Positions 39,050-48,200 of a stretch of DNA of 64,000 bases are shown here, piece by piece. The DNA lies in contig JBFWVL010000001.1 of the NCBI GenBank assembly GCA_050246755.1, positions 1,280,001-1,344,000 of the forward strand, written 5' to 3'. Within the stretch, counting starts at the first letter, position 1. Every line of letters starts with the position of its first letter. This stretch comes from Bacteriovoracia bacterium (GTDB lineage Bacteria > Bdellovibrionota > UBA1018 > CAIPTA01). Below the pieces are notes generated by a model, which ran no database searches, was not told the DNA's origin, and saw only the letters and a program-made list of their open reading frames with translations. The translations under genes and the position numbers were made by a program.

Positions 39050-39265
39050 TTCAAAAATTTTGGTTGGATAAGCGCGAGATGCCCTTTTTGGGGGGGGCTC
39101 GCGTATTCAAGAAATTTGTCGGCCTTCAAAGATTTTGAACGTGTAGTTTATTCAGAGATATTCAATTTTTTTGAATACTCGAAATCAAACAAAAACAGTC
39201 TATTCTTCAATGAGTTACCTGCTAAAACTGGGGCCATCGCACCCTTAGTATTCAAAAAATTTGAA
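39050..39265. promoter_or_regulatory. Five palindromic TTCAA-N5-TTG(AA) boxes, candidate upstream activator sequences
   Basis: Copies at 39050-64, 39106-20, 39125-39, 39161-75, 39251-65; the last three are perfect TTCAA-N5-TTGAA. Confidence 0.7.
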
Positions 39266-39370
39266 GAACTAATTACATATTTGTTGTATATCAACCTCCC
39301 GAAGAGGGCCTATGGGCGCTGTTCTCGCGGTTTTTGAGGAGCTAACGGTTAAAGAGTAAACTTCTAGTTT

Positions 39371-39386
39371 TGGCATCGGTCTTGCT
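39371..39386 (+). promoter_or_regulatory. Sigma54 (-24/-12) promoter of the ycaO operon
   Basis: TGGCATCGGTCTTGCT with GG-N10-GC spacing, ~30 nt before ATG 39415. Confidence 0.8.
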
Positions 39387-39414
39387 CTCTTCGTGTTTAT
39401 CAGGGGGCCGATTT

Positions 39415-40386
39415 ATGATGGGCGATCTTGCTCAATACAATCAGAGAGTGAAAACGGGTTTTCAAAACCCACGGCTCTCACTCATTCCGAAAATCTCCAG
39501 TGAAGCGGAAATCAAACGGCCAGAGGGCTATGCACTTCCTGGGTTCGTGGCGCTCTCTGTAACTGCCGAAGCTGAGGGCTTAACGGCTACGGGCTACGGC
39601 GAAGGCCCGCGTGACCTTGCCCGCGGAAAGGCGATTTCCGAAGCATTCGAGCGATTGGCCCTCTTCAAATTCTGCGCGGACAGTAAAATCAGGGAAACAA
39701 GTAATGGCTGGGCCGCGCATCGTTCGGCTGACCTTGCGATCCGTGCGGCTACACTTGAATTGATTGAGCGTGATGTTGCTCTCAACTCATGGGAAGACGG
39801 CGGGCCTTTCTATGTAGTGCCCGAATCGCTTTGGCCGATGCCCTTATCTATATGGAAGGCAGAGCCACGCCCGCGCCTAGAATTTTTCGACCTTCGTATT
39901 CTTCTGAGTCAAGGTAACAACGGTGCGTGTATTTCTGCGCTCCTTTTTAACGAGAAGGAAAATTTCGTTGCGGGGCATGCCTCCGCGTTCAGGCTGGAAG
40001 ACGCGATTCTCTCCGCCGCAAATGAGTGCTTCAGGGCGGCACACTCCGCGATCCAATTTGAATTTCTCGCTGAGGTTACGGCTCTTCACGCTGGCGGGCC
40101 TGGAACTTGCGCCTCGCCAGGGGCTCACTCCCTGGCCTACGCCTACAAAGAGACGATGCCTGAAGTGGTGAGGATCGTGAGTGCCACGGAGAACGAAGTG
40201 CGCTCCCATTGGGAGCGACATCAAATCGTGTTGAACGACGTGAACCTCAGCGAATTCGATACGAAAACTTTTGAAGTTGACGACCGTATCGTGGCGCGAG
40301 TCAAAAGCCCCAGGCATCGGCAAATTTTTTGGGGCCGAACGAATGATTTGTCTAAACGAAACAAACACCCGCACTTTGTGGGTTAA
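39415..40386 (+). CDS. Compact stand-alone YcaO-family protein
   Basis: GYGEG...KAISEAFER; TSNGWAAH...LELIERD; GHAS...SAANE; C-terminal NKHPHFVG. Start moved to ATG 39415 because the TTG at 39370 overlaps the promoter. Confidence 0.85.
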   Translation: MMGDLAQYNQRVKTGFQNPRLSLIPKISSEAEIKRPEGYALPGFVALSVTAEAEGLTATGYGEGPRDLARGKAISEAFERLALFKFCADSKIRETSNGWAAHRSADLAIRAATLELIERDVALNSWEDGGPFYVVPESLWPMPLSIWKAEPRPRLEFFDLRILLSQGNNGACISALLFNEKENFVAGHASAFRLEDAILSAANECFRAAHSAIQFEFLAEVTALHAGGPGTCASPGAHSLAYAYKETMPEVVRIVSATENEVRSHWERHQIVLNDVNLSEFDTKTFEVDDRIVARVKSPRHRQIFWGRTNDLSKRNKHPHFVG

Positions 40387-40396
40387 GGAGGTAAGT

Positions 40397-40684
40397 ATGC
40401 GTAAAAATGCAATCAAAGGGATCTTGTTCTCAATCGCTAGTGCGACAGGGTTTTCCGCGCTTGCGGGAGAACTCCCACAGGGCTTGCACTTAGTCGAGGA
40501 GCTTCCCATTGAACAGCGGGTGATCGTGCATCAGCAGGTATTGAAATTTTTGAATGAGCATCCCGAAAATGCAGCCGATGCCAAGGTTATCGCGGTGGAT
40601 GAAAAGGGGACTGTATATGTCTTGGATGATAAGATGGAAAAAATGGCTCGTGTTGGTCAGCCTAGCTGCGTTGGTGGGCTTTAA
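40397..40684 (+). CDS. 95-aa secreted protein, candidate YcaO substrate/signal precursor
   Basis: Perfect AAGGAGGT RBS; signal peptide MRKNAIKGILFSIASATGFSALA; C-terminus KMARVGQPSCVGGL. Confidence 0.75.
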   Translation: MRKNAIKGILFSIASATGFSALAGELPQGLHLVEELPIEQRVIVHQQVLKFLNEHPENAADAKVIAVDEKGTVYVLDDKMEKMARVGQPSCVGGL

Positions 40685-42113
40685 TTCGCCAATGGCGATT
40701 GCTGGTTCGGAGAAGTCGGTGAATACGAAAAGCGTAAGAACGTATATGAATTTCGCCGGAGAAATTGATCCTGCCCATATTTTAACTATGGCTGATCTTG
40801 AACTCTCCGTTGCCCTGGCTACTCCGCTCGTCGTGTTCAATAACGAGCGCCAGGTGGTTTCGGGCTTGGCGGAAACATGGGCGATTCTTCCACCCGACCG
40901 TGTATCCTTCACCCTTCGCAAGAACCTCCGGTGGTCTGACGGCTCTTCTGTTACGGCTGCGGATTACAAAACTGCGCTGGAACGGGCGAAGCGCCTCTAC
41001 GCAAGTGATCTCAAGGCCCTATTTGAATCCGTCACCCGGATCGAGGCCCCCGACGACCGCACTCTTATTTTTATAACGAAGGGTGCAGTCTCGGAGAGCG
41101 GATTGCTGCTCAAGCTCACCGAACCCATGTATGGGCTCGTCGCCCTGAAGGGCGACGCTCTCGATCTTTCAAAGACTGTCGGCCCATTTTTCCTTAAAGA
41201 GAAGCGCGGCGATGTTTTGACCTTGGAGGCGAATAAAAATTGGTACGCCTACTCCAAGGATATGCCCTTGCTCGTCGAAATCAAACGCCCCAAAGATGGC
41301 TTTGATTTGATGGCAACTTTTGAGAAGGACGACTGGCCGAACCTGACCTCCGGCGGCTCGCTCATGCCGAAGGAAACCTTCGACCACTTGAGGAAAAACG
41401 GCTTCAAAACTTGGCAACGCAGTCTCGACAAGGTTTATAGCCTTTATCCCTCAAAGCGGTTTCTGAAAGCTGGAGGCGCGAACTTTATAAAAATCCTGGC
41501 AAAGAATGTGAATAACGCTTCATTGCTTAAGGGGCTCACTGGCTATGCCGACGCGGAACAATTTTTTCCGCGCGGCTATGAGCTGTACTCCGTTCGGCAA
41601 CCGAAGCTCCAAGCTCTCGACAAGTGGAGCGGCAAGAATGCCATAGTGGTTCTGTTGCTGGATACACCTGTTCTCTCTGGCATGCGTGAAGCCCTGGGGA
41701 AGACAATCTCGAATCTGTCAGGACATCCGGCCAAGATCGAAGTTATCCCCACCGCGAAATTGAGTGAACGTATGAAGCGCGGCGATTTCGACATTCTCGG
41801 CGTACAGGTTGCCGTCGCCGATCCGAATTTTGAAGGTGCGATGTCATTTTTTATCGAAAAAGATCCGCCGTTCATTCCGTCAGGAGAGGGCGCGGAGGAT
41901 TTTTCAGCCCAACTTCGCCAAGCACGCGGCCTACCTTCGTCGGCGGAGCGTTCCGCCCGCATGAGGGAGATTATCGTTCAAGCGCAGGAAGCGGGCCACG
42001 TCTTGCCTCTCTTCCATTTTTCTAGCATTGCCGTTGCAAAACCCGGCGTCGATCTATCGGAAATCCCGAACTCTGACGAAACGATCCTATTTTCCAAGGT
42101 GAGAATGCGATGA
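40617..42113 (+). CDS. Family 5 (oligopeptide-type) solute-binding protein, no permease adjacent
   Basis: IDPA, GLAETW, FTLRKNLRWSDGSSVTAADY, VGPFFL motifs; signal peptide WKKWLVLVSLAALVGFNSPMAIA; AGGGGA RBS before ATG 40617 (alternative ATG 40626). Confidence 0.85.
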   Translation: MSWMIRWKKWLVLVSLAALVGFNSPMAIAGSEKSVNTKSVRTYMNFAGEIDPAHILTMADLELSVALATPLVVFNNERQVVSGLAETWAILPPDRVSFTLRKNLRWSDGSSVTAADYKTALERAKRLYASDLKALFESVTRIEAPDDRTLIFITKGAVSESGLLLKLTEPMYGLVALKGDALDLSKTVGPFFLKEKRGDVLTLEANKNWYAYSKDMPLLVEIKRPKDGFDLMATFEKDDWPNLTSGGSLMPKETFDHLRKNGFKTWQRSLDKVYSLYPSKRFLKAGGANFIKILAKNVNNASLLKGLTGYADAEQFFPRGYELYSVRQPKLQALDKWSGKNAIVVLLLDTPVLSGMREALGKTISNLSGHPAKIEVIPTAKLSERMKRGDFDILGVQVAVADPNFEGAMSFFIEKDPPFIPSGEGAEDFSAQLRQARGLPSSAERSARMREIIVQAQEAGHVLPLFHFSSIAVAKPGVDLSEIPNSDETILFSKVRMR

Positions 42114-43474
42114 AATCCGAATCCTTGGAGCAAAATGTAAAACGCCAAGCCCTCGCCTGGACGAGTGCAGGCATCGTTTTCACCCTTTGCCTCACAGGAT
42201 CGCTTTCGCTTTTCCTTATGTTTAAGGATACCGAGCGCCAAGTCGAAACGCTCTCGACCTCGGCCATCACATCGGAGCGCACCGACATTCTTTCCGGCGA
42301 TATTCGTTCGATAGAACTGCGACTTAGAAAAAACTTTGGCATCGCGCCCGATGAAAGGCTACTTTTCCTCGACTCAAAACGTGCGCCCTGGGTTGGGGAT
42401 CTAAAACAGGAGAAGTTATCGCCTTGTGCGAGCCAAATTCCGTGCAGGCAGTGGTTTAATCAGCGGATCGTTCTCGAAAAGCCGATCTACTTTGACGACG
42501 AGGGAAAGCATCTCTGGGGTTACCTGCACATTGAAAAAGAGGCTAAGGCGAACTGGTCGCTGATTCTTGGCGTTGCAATCTCCATCGTGCTGGGAATGCT
42601 TTTTCAGGGAATCGGCGCTTATTACAAAACCCTAAAGTCCATTCGAGCGGTGAGCGCGGTACTCGCCGCGTGGGCGAAGAAAATTTCTGAAAACCCCAAA
42701 GACCAAAGCGCCTACACCCAAGTGCCATTCACGGAGATTGCGCCTGTTGGAAACGCGCTCCACGGCATGAAAGATTATATCGACGCGCTCGAAAGCAACG
42801 CCCGCGAACAAGGTGCCTTGGTCACGCTTCGCGGGATCGGCCACGACATTCTGAATCCCGTCGCCCGCATGAAGCGTATTCTTGGTCTTATCGAAATCGA
42901 AAAGCAATCCAATCCTGAAAACATCGCAAGCCTTCGCGCCAATCTCAAGCGCCTATCGAGTTATGCCGAGCAATTGAAGCTCATCTACAAGCGACAGATC
43001 GGCGAAGCAGACGACACCGCTCCCACCGTGGATGTTGCGAAGGAAGTGCGCGAGTTAGCCTCGGAGCTGTTGACCGATCCCGAAGCCATTGAAAAGGGCC
43101 TCAAGCTCCAAGTCGATGCGCAAACGCCCTGTGTGAGCCGGATTCCCGCTCCCGCGCTGAATCGGATTGTCGAAAATCTTTGCAGCAATGGCATCTACGC
43201 TAGCCCCGAAGGGGCCACGCTGTCATTGAAAGTAGAATCCAACGGCGACCGCGTTTCAATTCTCGTGCGTGACGAGGGCTCTGGCATTCCCGATGTGCTG
43301 CAAGCGAAAATTTTTGAGCCCGACTTTACCACTAAAGGCAATAAGGGCACGGGCCTTGGTCTTTTCGTGGTGAAGCAAATCTGCGAGCAATATGGCGGAC
43401 GAATCGCATTTTCGTCTAGCAAGAGCGGAACCGCATTCACTCTGGACTTTCCACGCGTGGAGGTGAGCCTATGA
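42110..43474 (+). CDS. Membrane sensor histidine kinase
   Basis: Two TMs around a periplasmic domain; H-box IGHDILNP, N-box ENLCSNG, DEGSGIP, FEPDFTTK, GTGLGL. Confidence 0.93.
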   Translation: MKSESLEQNVKRQALAWTSAGIVFTLCLTGSLSLFLMFKDTERQVETLSTSAITSERTDILSGDIRSIELRLRKNFGIAPDERLLFLDSKRAPWVGDLKQEKLSPCASQIPCRQWFNQRIVLEKPIYFDDEGKHLWGYLHIEKEAKANWSLILGVAISIVLGMLFQGIGAYYKTLKSIRAVSAVLAAWAKKISENPKDQSAYTQVPFTEIAPVGNALHGMKDYIDALESNAREQGALVTLRGIGHDILNPVARMKRILGLIEIEKQSNPENIASLRANLKRLSSYAEQLKLIYKRQIGEADDTAPTVDVAKEVRELASELLTDPEAIEKGLKLQVDAQTPCVSRIPAPALNRIVENLCSNGIYASPEGATLSLKVESNGDRVSILVRDEGSGIPDVLQAKIFEPDFTTKGNKGTGLGLFVVKQICEQYGGRIAFSSSKSGTAFTLDFPRVEVSL

Positions 43475-44841
43475 GCTACCGCATTCTCCTTGTGGACGAC
43501 GATAGAGAAAATCTGAACGTGAACAAGGCGATCCTCTCGGCCTCTGGCTACCAAGTTGCAACCGTGAAGTCGGGCCAAGAGGCCATCGACACAATCAAAT
43601 CAGCGAGGAAAGACTTTGCCCTGGTGCTAATGGACTATCACATGCCCGGTATGTCGGGGGCCGTCGCGGTAACGGAGATTAAAAAGATCAAGCCGCACCA
43701 GCAGATTTTGGCCTACTCCCTCGATGACAACCGCGATGTGATGCGCGAGACATTCAGGGCAGGCGTGGTCGATTTCCTCGACAAAAATTCCGAGAACGAG
43801 GTGCTGCTTTCAACTGTCGCCGCGTATTGCGAAAAGTACGAACAGGTTTTCCGCCCAATCGAAATCGACGATATTACCTCCGGCGAAAAAGAAAAATTCA
43901 TTCAAAGCGTAGGCATGATTGGATGCTCGGAGAAACTCTATGGATTGGCTCGTCAGATCGAGAAGGTCGCGCCGTCAAAGGCGACAACACTCATTCTCGG
44001 CGAGAGCGGAACGGGAAAGGAACTTGTGGCCCGCGCCCTTCATAAGCGCAGTGACCGCGCCGGCGGCCCGTTTATCGCCATCAACATTGCGGCGGAACCC
44101 GCATCGCTTCTCGACTCCGCATTATTCGGCCATCGCAAGGGATCATTCACAGGGGCAACGAACGATCAGCAAGGGAAATTCCAGCTCGCCAATAAGGGCA
44201 CGATTTTCTTAGATGAGATCGGCGACATGAGCCTTGACCTTCAAGTGAAGCTCCTCCGCGTTTTGCAGGAGCGCGAGATAACTCCGGTCGGAGCGGCGCG
44301 GCCCATTCCCGTTGATGTGCGTATTGTCGCGGCCACGCACCGCGATTTGTCGAAGATGGTTGTCGAAGGAAAATTCCGCGAAGACCTCTACTACCGTCTG
44401 AGCGCGGTGATCCTCGAAACCTCGCCGCTTCGGAATCGTCCCGAAGACTTGGAGCCGCTGGTAGTTCACTTTACACGGGAAATTTGTAAAGAAAACGGCT
44501 TCAGCCGTACATTTCACCGCCGCTGCCTTGAAGTGATGCGTGACTACTACTGGAAAGGAAACGTGCGCGAACTTCGCTCCGTAATCGAGCGCCACCTGAT
44601 CGCAAGCGACAGCGACTTGATCCGCGTCGAAGATTTAGATGCCCGCCTCTACCAAAAAAGAGAAACTGACGAACCAAAAACGCTGAAAGAAATCGACAAC
44701 TACCTTGAAGGGATCAAGAAGCAGATGGTGTTGGACGCAGTGAAAAGCACTCGCACCAAAGCGGAAGCCGCCCGGAAGCTCGACATTCCCCCGAACGGAC
44801 TTCACTATTTCGTGGTGAAGTACGGCCTCGATACGAAGTAG
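43471..44841 (+). CDS. Sigma54-dependent response regulator (NtrC-type enhancer-binding protein)
   Basis: REC (LVDDD, MDYHMPG), GESGTGKE, GSFTGA, FLDEIG, FREDLYYRL, WKGNVREL, C-terminal Fis-like HTH. Confidence 0.95.
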   Translation: MSYRILLVDDDRENLNVNKAILSASGYQVATVKSGQEAIDTIKSARKDFALVLMDYHMPGMSGAVAVTEIKKIKPHQQILAYSLDDNRDVMRETFRAGVVDFLDKNSENEVLLSTVAAYCEKYEQVFRPIEIDDITSGEKEKFIQSVGMIGCSEKLYGLARQIEKVAPSKATTLILGESGTGKELVARALHKRSDRAGGPFIAINIAAEPASLLDSALFGHRKGSFTGATNDQQGKFQLANKGTIFLDEIGDMSLDLQVKLLRVLQEREITPVGAARPIPVDVRIVAATHRDLSKMVVEGKFREDLYYRLSAVILETSPLRNRPEDLEPLVVHFTREICKENGFSRTFHRRCLEVMRDYYWKGNVRELRSVIERHLIASDSDLIRVEDLDARLYQKRETDEPKTLKEIDNYLEGIKKQMVLDAVKSTRTKAEAARKLDIPPNGLHYFVVKYGLDTK

Positions 44842-44862
44842 TCGCTGCCCTGGAATGCTTGC

Positions 44863-44895
44863 TCCGGCGCGATTGCCGCCGGTAGTCATTGATTT
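44863..44895 (+). terminator. Possible terminator hairpin after the response regulator
   Basis: CCGGCG-cgattgc-CGCCGG stem with only a loose T-rich tail. Confidence 0.3.
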
Positions 44896-44973
44896 TGCTG
44901 CCACTGTTTTGCATATCGTCTTTACTTGTCTCTGCTTGTCCTAGATAATTTTTGAACCGGATACTCACCTATA

Positions 44974-45204
44974 ATGGAGATGCGAATGCAGGCGATTGAG
45001 CCCTGGTACTCAGTTGAGGAAATTGCTCGTCACTTAGGCGTTTCAAAAGAAACGATCTATCGCTGGATTGAGCGCCGAAACATACCAGCTCATCGCATGG
45101 GGAAACTCTGGAAATTCAAACCTAGCGAAGTGGACGCATGGGTACAGAATGGTGGCGCTGCCGATGATCGCACGCACCGCAATCCACCGGAAAGCAGCGT
45201 GTGA
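44974..45204 (+). CDS. Excisionase-family HTH regulator heading the defence operon
   Basis: WYSVEEIARHLGVSKETIYRWI...IPAHRMGKLWKFKPSEVDAWV. Confidence 0.9.
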   Translation: MEMRMQAIEPWYSVEEIARHLGVSKETIYRWIERRNIPAHRMGKLWKFKPSEVDAWVQNGGAADDRTHRNPPESSV

Positions 45205-45208
45205 CCTG

Positions 45209-48200
45209 ATGGTAAAACTCGAAGAACTAAAACAATCACTCTATGTTCGCGGCTTAGAAGGCAACGAAGTCGTCCAGATTAAAAGTATCGAGAAGGTTAG
45301 CGAAGACGCAGTTACCGTTCTATATAAAAATGCTAAGGGGCAATTCCGCGAGCAGATGGTTCACAGGGCCGATGAAGCCCGCATAGAGCTAGTGGAGAAC
45401 AGTTCTCGCCCTTGGAGCTTTCAAGCGGATGGTGCGGAGTTTCGCCTTGGCCTCGAAGCTCAACGCATTCGACTCGCGCATCTTTTTGATCCGATGATGG
45501 CGGTTCACAGCTCCAATGTAGAACCGCTTCCTCATCAAATAACCGCCGTCTATGAGGCCATGCTGCCCAGGCAGCCGCTTCGCTTTGTACTTGCTGACGA
45601 CCCGGGCGCTGGCAAAACAATCATGGCCGGGCTTTTTATTAAAGAACTTATCATGCGTGCTGATGCTAAACGCATCTTGATCGTGACCCCTGGTTCGTTG
45701 AGTGAGCAATGGCAGGAGGAGCTTTATGAAAAGTTCGGCCTTCGTTTCGATTTATTCAGCAGAGAAAAAATGGAGCAATCCGTTCGTGGAAATTATTTTG
45801 AAGAACAAGACTACTTGATCTGCCGCCTCGACCAACTTTCGCGGAACGAGGAATTTCTATCAAAACTCCATGCGACGGAGTGGGATTTAGTCATTGTCGA
45901 TGAAGCTCACAAAATGTCCGCCAGTTTTACAGGCGGCGAGGTTAAGCGCACCGACCGATATGCTCTGGGCGAACAATTGGGAAAAATTACGCGCCACTTA
46001 CTGCTGATGACTGCAACCCCCCACAACGGTAAAGAAGAAGATTTTCAACTATTTCTTTCGCTGCTCGACAGTGACCGCTTCTATGGAAAATTCCGTGATG
46101 GAGTTCACAAGGTAGATGTGTCGGACATCATGCGGAGAATGGTCAAAGAAGAACTGCGTCGTTTTGACGGAACAAAACTCTTCCCACCACGATTTGCCTA
46201 CACCGTAAACTACCCACTTTCCGTGGGCGAGCAAAACCTGTACGACGCAGTGACAACTTACGTTCGAGAGGAAATGGATCGCGCCGATAGGTTATCTGCC
46301 GTAGATAAGCGCCGAGGCGGAACTGTTGGTTTCGCTCTTACAGCCCTTCAGCGCCGACTAGCTTCAAGCCCCGCCGCCATTCACGAATCACTTAAGCGTC
46401 GCTTGAATCGTCTTCAAGCGCGCCTTGAGGAAATGAAGAAAGTCAGCTCCGGCCAACTGCCAAAGAACACCTTGGACAAATATAACCAAGCGGTGCCCTC
46501 AAACTTCGACGATGCCGACGATGAAATGAGTTCGGAGGAGTACGAAGAGTTCACCGATGAAGTGATTGATCAAGCAACCGCCGCACAAACGGTCGAGGAA
46601 CTTCAAAAAGAAATCATCATTTTAAAGGATCTTGAACAAGAAGCTCGCAAGGTTCGACTTTCCGGTGAAGACAAAAAGTGGTCTGAACTTTCGACCCTGC
46701 TCCAGGGCAATCCCCACATGAAGGATAAGAAAGGCAACTTCCGTAAGCTGCTTATCTTTACCGAGAGTCGCGACACCCTTGATTACCTTGTGGAAAAGAT
46801 TGTAGGCGTCTTCGGAAGCCCCGATAAGATCGTGACGATCCACGGGGGAACGAATCGTGACCGAAGAAAAGAAGCCCAAGCCCTTTTCCGAAACGATCCG
46901 AATGTTCATGTAATGATCGCAACCGATGCCGCTGGCGAAGGCGTGAACTTACAAAACGCAAACCTGATGGTGAACTACGACCTGCCCTGGAATCCAAATC
47001 GGATTGAGCAACGGTTTGGACGTATTCACAGGATCGGCCAGACTGAGGTCTGCCATCTCTGGAATATGGTTGCGAAAGGAACCCGCGAAGGCGATGTGTT
47101 TCATACTCTTTGTGAAAAATTGGAAGTTCAGAGCAAGGCTCTCGGCGGCAGAGTGTTTGACATACTTGGCGAAGCCTTCGAGGACATATCACTCAAAGAT
47201 TTGCTGATTCGAGCAATCCGTACTGCCGACAGTGATGCTGTTCGCCGAGAAATTCGGAAGGTTGTGTCTGATAGTCTCGAAACCGAACGAATCCAAGAAC
47301 TCTACAAGCGCAATGCGCTAGTTGAGCAGCACATGAATCTCGACCAACTCTACAAAGTGAAAGAGGACATGGATCGCGCGGAGGCTCGCAAACTCCAGCC
47401 CTATTTCATTCGGTCATTCTTCGATGAGGCTTTCAAATCCCTCGGCGGCGATATTCGTGCGCGAGAAACTGGTCGATGGGAAATCGCTCACGTTCCGCCA
47501 GTCGTGATTGAGCGAGCCAAGCAACTTCTCGGCTCTAGGCATCCAGTGACCAGAACCTACCAGAGGGTTTGTTTTGAAAAGAATGTCGTGCCAATTGAAG
47601 ATCGACCCAAAGTTGATCTCATTCACCCCGGGCATCCTCTGATGGCTGCTGTCACGGACATTATACTTGAGAAAAATCGTGGAAAGCTCCGGGAGGGGGC
47701 GATCCTTGTCGATCCCGCAGATGAATCGAATGAGCCTCGGGTAGTGTTCATGCTTGAGCATTCGATTAAGGAAAGTTCTGGGGAACAAAAGGTAGTTTCT
47801 CAATCTTTGCAGTTTGTCTCCATCGAAAAAAATCTTCAGCCTACCAATGCGGGCTGGGCTCCGCATATTGATCTTCGCGCCATCAAAGCCGAAGAACGCG
47901 AACTCGTCGCCGATGTGATTGGCGCTCCTTGGCTGAAGACTGAACTTGAAACTAAAGCATTGGCTTATGCTTCGCAAGAAATGGCTCCCCTTCATTTCAA
48001 GGAAACCAAAGAGCGTCGAGAAACCTTTGCCGACAAGGTGAATCAGGCAGTTCACGAGCGCCTAACGAAGGAAATTTCCTATTGGGAAGATCGATACGTC
48101 AAACTTAAGGAGCAACAAAGTGAAGGCAAGCAGCCCCGAATGCAGCCAGAAAATGCTCGCCGCAAGGTAGAAGAGCTTAACGCCCGCTTGGATCAAAGGA

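Noticed and set aside
38978-39337. 119-aa ORF in the divergent intergenic region
   Set aside because: No RBS or motif; it overlies the AT-rich palindrome array, better explained as regulatory DNA.
40617-42113. Opp/Dpp nutrient ABC importer
   Set aside because: No permease or ATPase genes adjacent; the SBP overlaps a histidine kinase instead.
39415-44841. Classical TOMM/thiopeptide antibiotic cluster
   Set aside because: No dehydrogenase, E1-like, TfuA, dehydratase, exporter or Ser/Thr/Cys-rich core; neighbours are sensory genes.
44899-44914. Sigma54-like TGCCACTGTTTTGCAT upstream of the Xis-like regulator
   Set aside because: Lacks the invariant GG and has wrong spacing.
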